From assembly GCA_030145365.1 (NCBI GenBank), contig JAQYVS010000212.1, positions 1 to 37,820 on the forward strand: a DNA stretch of 37,820 nt, read 5' to 3'. The DNA is from Desulfofustis sp. (lineage in GTDB: Bacteria > Desulfobacterota > Desulfobulbia > Desulfobulbales > Desulfocapsaceae). The position numbers and the translations under genes are program-made. The stretch's first letter is position 1, and each line of letters starts with the position of its first letter. The notes under the pieces are model-generated. The model searched no databases, was not told the DNA's origin, and saw only the letters and a program-made list of their open reading frames with translations. This document shows positions 34,507 to 37,820 of the stretch, one piece after another.

Positions 34507-34911
34507 ATGAAAATACTCAAAATCGACCATCTGGGAATTGCAGTGAACAGCATCAATGACGGACAAAATTTCTGGTCGGACATTCTCGGACTCGAATTTG
34601 AAGGTGCTGAGACAGTGGCAGAACAGAAGGTAAAAACAGCGTTTTTTCCGGTTGGTGAAAGCGAGGTAGAGCTGCTCGAATCGACGGCCCCCGATGGGCC
34701 GGTGGCCAAGTTTATCGAAAAAAAAGGCCAGGGCTTCCAACACGTTGCCTTCCGAGTAGCCAATATTGATGAAGCGCTTGAAGAGCTCAAGGCAAAAGAT
34801 GTTCAGCTCATCGACCAGACACCCAGGATCGGCGCCGGGGGCGCCCGGATTGCCTTTCTGCATCCCAAGGCCACTGGCGGTATCCTGGTTGAACTCTGCG
34901 AACGCTCATAA
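34507..34911 (+). CDS. mce: Methylmalonyl-CoA epimerase (VOC/glyoxalase fold)
   Basis: 134 aa with a GGAGG RBS. Metal-ligand blocks typical of Mce are present: KIDHLGIAV..., VELLE, GQGFQHVAF and IAFLHPK...GILVEL. Confidence 0.9.
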   Translation: MKILKIDHLGIAVNSINDGQNFWSDILGLEFEGAETVAEQKVKTAFFPVGESEVELLESTAPDGPVAKFIEKKGQGFQHVAFRVANIDEALEELKAKDVQLIDQTPRIGAGGARIAFLHPKATGGILVELCERS

Positions 34912-34956
34912 AAATCATTAAAAAACCTGCCTGCATCCCGTTACAAGGAGCCCATA

Positions 34957-37086
34957 ATGTCACAACATCCGGATTTTGAAAAATGGCAAGAACTTGCAAC
35001 CAAACAGATGAAGGGGAAACCAACCGAGTCGCTGCAATGGCAGACACCGGAAGGTATTTCGGTAAAACCGCTCTATACTGCCGAAGATATCGAGGAACTC
35101 GAGAGCGTCAACACCCTGCCTGGAATTGATCCTTACGTGCGGGGCCCGATGGCCACCATGTATGCGGGTCGTCCATGGACAATCAGGCAGTACGCTGGTT
35201 TCTCCACGGCCAAGGAATCCAACGAATTTTATCGCAAAGCGCTGGGGGCCGGACAAAAAGGACTGTCCGTCGCCTTCGACCTGGCAACACACCGCGGCTA
35301 CGACTCAGACCATCCTCGGGTAACCGGTGATGTCGGCAAAGCAGGAGTGGCAATCGACTCGGTTGAAGATATGAAAATCCTCTTCGACGGTATCCCACTC
35401 GACAAAATGTCCGTCTCGATGACCATGAACGGTGCGGTTATCCCAATTCTGGCCAGTTACATTGTCGCCGCCGAAGAACAAGGTGTTTCCCACGAACAGC
35501 TCACGGGAACGATCCAGAATGATATTTTAAAAGAGTATCTAACCAGAAATACCTTCATCTACCCGCCCACCCCGTCAATGCGGATCGTATCAGATATCAT
35601 CGGTTTCTGTTCAAAGAACATGCCGCGCTACAACACCATCAGCATCAGCGGGTATCACATGATGGAAGCAGGGGCCAACTCGGTACTCCAGGTCGCTTTT
35701 ACCATGGCCGACGGTCTTGAATATGTCAGAACCGCTTTGAAGGCCGGAATGGATGTGGATGATTTCGCCCCGCGGCTATCATTTTTCTTCGGTATCGGCA
35801 TGAACTTTTTCATGGATATCGCCATGCTCAGGGCAGCTCGCTTGCTCTGGCACAATCTGATGAGCCAGTTCAACCCGAAAAATCCTCGTTCATCGATGCT
35901 CAGGACCCATTGCCAGACTTCGGGCTGGAGTCTGACCGAGCAAGATCCGTACAACAATGTCATTCGGACCACGCTTGAAGCACTTACCTCTGTACTTGGC
36001 GGTACCCAGTCGCTGCACACCAACTCGTTCGACGAGGCAATAGGACTACCCACCGATTTTTCTGCAAGGATAGCCAGAAATACCCAGATCATCATCCAGG
36101 AGGAATCGGAGATCTGCCATGTCATCGACCCACTGGGAGGATCCTACTACCTGGAATCACTGACAAATTCTATCGTTACCGAGGCCATGAAGATCATTAA
36201 CGAGGTCGAGGAATTGGGCGGGATGGCCAAAGCTATTGAGTCAGGCATGCCGAAGATGCGTATCGAGGAGTCGGCAGCCCGCAAACAAGCCCGAATCGAC
36301 CAGGGTCTCGATGTCATTGTTGGTGTGAATAAATATCAACTCAAAGACGAACAGATTGATTTTGAAGTCAGAGAGGTTCCTGCCACTGTCCGGGATGAAC
36401 AGGTTGCCCGGATTAACAGCATTCGTGAAACACGTGACAATGCAGTCGTTGAAGCGGCACTTGCCAATCTTACTAAAACTGCAAAAAATGATGGTAATTT
36501 GCTCGAAGCTGCTCTTCCAGCAATACGGGCCAGAGCAACCATCGGTGAAGTATCTGATGCCATGGAAAAGGTCTTCGGACGCTATGTTGCCAACACCAGA
36601 TGTATCTCCGGCGCCTATGCCTCGGAATTTGCTTCAGATTCGGAAAGCCTGCTGCAACTCAGGCAGCGTACCGAAGATTTTCTGAATAAACACGGTAGAC
36701 GACCGCGCATGCTGGTCACCAAGATGGGTCAGGACGGTCATGACCGGGGTATCAAGGTAATCGCCAGTGCATACGCAGATATCGGTTTTGACATCGACAT
36801 CGGACCACTCTTTCAGACCCCTCAGGAAGCCGCCAAAATGGCTATCGAAAACGATGTTCACGTGGTTGGGGCCTCCAGTCTGACTGCAGGTCACAAGACT
36901 CTGGTACCTGGCCTGGTTGATGAATTGAAAAAACAGGGCGGTGACGATATTAAGGTTGTCGCCGGCGGAATTATCCCTCCAAGAGACTATGATTATCTAT
37001 TCGAGCGAGGAGTAAAGGCGGTATTCGGGCCGGGCACTTCGGTAATCGTTTCGGCCAACCGAACCCTGGATTTGATTGAAGGCTAA
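34957..37086 (+). CDS. scpA: Methylmalonyl-CoA mutase, single-chain type (substrate barrel plus C-terminal B12-binding domain)
   Basis: 709 aa with an AAGGAG RBS. Blocks present are [13 protein letters not shown] (Tyr typical of MCM rather than isobutyryl-CoA mutase), [21 protein letters not shown] (Arg retained) and the cobalamin DxHxxG motif GQDGHDRG. Confidence 0.95.
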   Translation: MSQHPDFEKWQELATKQMKGKPTESLQWQTPEGISVKPLYTAEDIEELESVNTLPGIDPYVRGPMATMYAGRPWTIRQYAGFSTAKESNEFYRKALGAGQKGLSVAFDLATHRGYDSDHPRVTGDVGKAGVAIDSVEDMKILFDGIPLDKMSVSMTMNGAVIPILASYIVAAEEQGVSHEQLTGTIQNDILKEYLTRNTFIYPPTPSMRIVSDIIGFCSKNMPRYNTISISGYHMMEAGANSVLQVAFTMADGLEYVRTALKAGMDVDDFAPRLSFFFGIGMNFFMDIAMLRAARLLWHNLMSQFNPKNPRSSMLRTHCQTSGWSLTEQDPYNNVIRTTLEALTSVLGGTQSLHTNSFDEAIGLPTDFSARIARNTQIIIQEESEICHVIDPLGGSYYLESLTNSIVTEAMKIINEVEELGGMAKAIESGMPKMRIEESAARKQARIDQGLDVIVGVNKYQLKDEQIDFEVREVPATVRDEQVARINSIRETRDNAVVEAALANLTKTAKNDGNLLEAALPAIRARATIGEVSDAMEKVFGRYVANTRCISGAYASEFASDSESLLQLRQRTEDFLNKHGRRPRMLVTKMGQDGHDRGIKVIASAYADIGFDIDIGPLFQTPQEAAKMAIENDVHVVGASSLTAGHKTLVPGLVDELKKQGGDDIKVVAGGIIPPRDYDYLFERGVKAVFGPGTSVIVSANRTLDLIEG

Positions 37087-37120
37087 CCCCCCCCCCACTG
37101 GGCAACAACCATATTTTATT

Positions 37121-37149
37121 AGCGGGAGGCCTGAGCTTAGCCTCCCGCT
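37121..37149 (+). other. Perfect 10-bp stem hairpin between the mutase gene and meaB (intra-operon attenuator or stabiliser)
   Basis: AGCGGGAGGC (37121-37130) pairs with GCCTCCCGCT (37140-37149) across a 9-nt loop, followed by CTTCGTTT. A C10 homopolymer (37087-37096) begins directly after the mutase stop codon. Confidence 0.5.
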
Positions 37150-37170
37150 CTTCGTTTAAAGAAGAGAAGA

Positions 37171-37820
37171 ATGCAGAAAGATCCCGATTACTATATTCAG
37201 GGAGTACTTGATTCCAATCGGTTAATGCTTTCCAGGACCATAACCCTGATTGAAAGCTCTCTGCCGGCCCATCAGGAAATGGCAGGCAAAATAATCGAGA
37301 AACTTCTTCCCCATACCGGCAAAGCAATACGCCTCGGTATCACCGGGGTTCCGGGAGCCGGGAAATCGACCTTCATTGAAAGCTTTGGAACTCTGCTCAC
37401 CGAGCTTGGTCACCGGGTGGCGGTTCTGGCCATCGATCCTTCCAGTTCCAGAAGCGGCGGCTCGGTACTTGGCGACAAGACCAGAATGTTGAAACTCTCG
37501 GTCAATGAAAACGCCTTTATTCGCCCGTCACCCTCCAGTGGGACGCTTGGCGGCGTAGCCCGAAAAACAAGAGAGACCATGCTGGCATGTGAGGCAGCAG
37601 GATTTGATGTGGTCATTATCGAAACGGTCGGCGTCGGACAGTCGGAAACGGCAGTTGCCTCAATGGTAGATTTCTTCCTGGTCTTGATGATCGCGGGAGC
37701 CGGCGATGAGTTGCAGGGTATCAAAAAGGGAATTCTGGAAGTAGCCGACACTATCGTTATCAACAAGGCCGATGGGGATAATGTTATCCGCGCCGAACGG
37801 GCAAGAAAAGAGTATGAGAC
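37171..37820 (+). CDS. meaB: Methylmalonyl-CoA mutase-associated G-protein chaperone MeaB/ArgK (3' end truncated by the window)
   Basis: Absent from the track because there is no stop in the window. Translation from ATG 37171 gives [30 protein letters not shown]...[15 protein letters not shown] (P-loop)...[21 protein letters not shown]...[11 protein letters not shown]...INKADG. These are all MeaB hallmarks. Confidence 0.9.
   Translation, partial: MQKDPDYYIQGVLDSNRLMLSRTITLIESSLPAHQEMAGKIIEKLLPHTGKAIRLGITGVPGAGKSTFIESFGTLLTELGHRVAVLAIDPSSSRSGGSVLGDKTRMLKLSVNENAFIRPSPSSGTLGGVARKTRETMLACEAAGFDVVIIETVGVGQSETAVASMVDFFLVLMIAGAGDELQGIKKGILEVADTIVINKADGDNVIRAERARKEYE

Noticed and set aside
1-37820. 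Search for CRISPR arrays, tandem or interspersed repeats, IS elements, integrases, toxin-antitoxin pairs and defence-system genes
   Set aside because: Reading both strands, I recognised none of the following:
- repeat-spacer periodicity
- terminal inverted repeats flanking an ORF
- transposase, integrase or recombinase motifs
- compact two-gene toxin-antitoxin-like pairs

The window looks like core chromosome.

Overview
This looks like an ordinary chromosomal segment. I found no rRNA or tRNA genes, CRISPR arrays, transposases, integrases or phage genes. The gene content suggests a Desulfobacterota/Desulfobulbales-like propionate-metabolising anaerobe, but that is a guess made without any database search.

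Left part (1-16.5 kb): 16 CDS, 11 of them on the minus strand. In order they are an ALDH 3' end, OsmC, a cNMP-binding/PilZ fusion, yaaA, then a divergent hyi-garR / GntR-regulator + LarA-like module. After that come a secreted S1 protease, a lipoprotein-pcm-yqaA operon, htpG, a HemY-like oxidase, dnaA and comF.

Right part (16.6-37.8 kb): 15 CDS, all on the plus strand. These are bamA, mfd and a yrfG-like HAD hydrolase, followed by a complete methylmalonyl-CoA (propionate) pathway gene set. That set comprises prpE, sucC, sucD, transcarboxylase 12S, a fused 5S+biotin-carrier subunit, the epimerase, a single-chain B12 mutase and meaB (cut by the window end).

The strand switch next to dnaA suggests the replication origin lies at about 15.1-16.6 kb.

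The most unusual observations are:
1. A signal-peptide-bearing GlpQ-like protein whose GDPD catalytic motifs are substituted sits inside the sucC-sucD operon.
2. A nickel-pincer LarA-family racemase homologue is paired with a GntR regulator and with hyi/garR.
3. The transcarboxylase operon carries an ABM-domain protein, a 69-aa Ala/Pro-rich mini-protein and an embedded TetR regulator. A matching 11-nt palindromic motif lies upstream of both pathway operons.
4. A cNMP/PilZ fusion has a degenerate cNMP pocket.
5. An S1 protease carries a ~115-aa coiled-coil insertion between its catalytic His and Asp.

All homology statements come from reading the translations and from recalled family motifs. 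No searches or numeric skew calculations were run.
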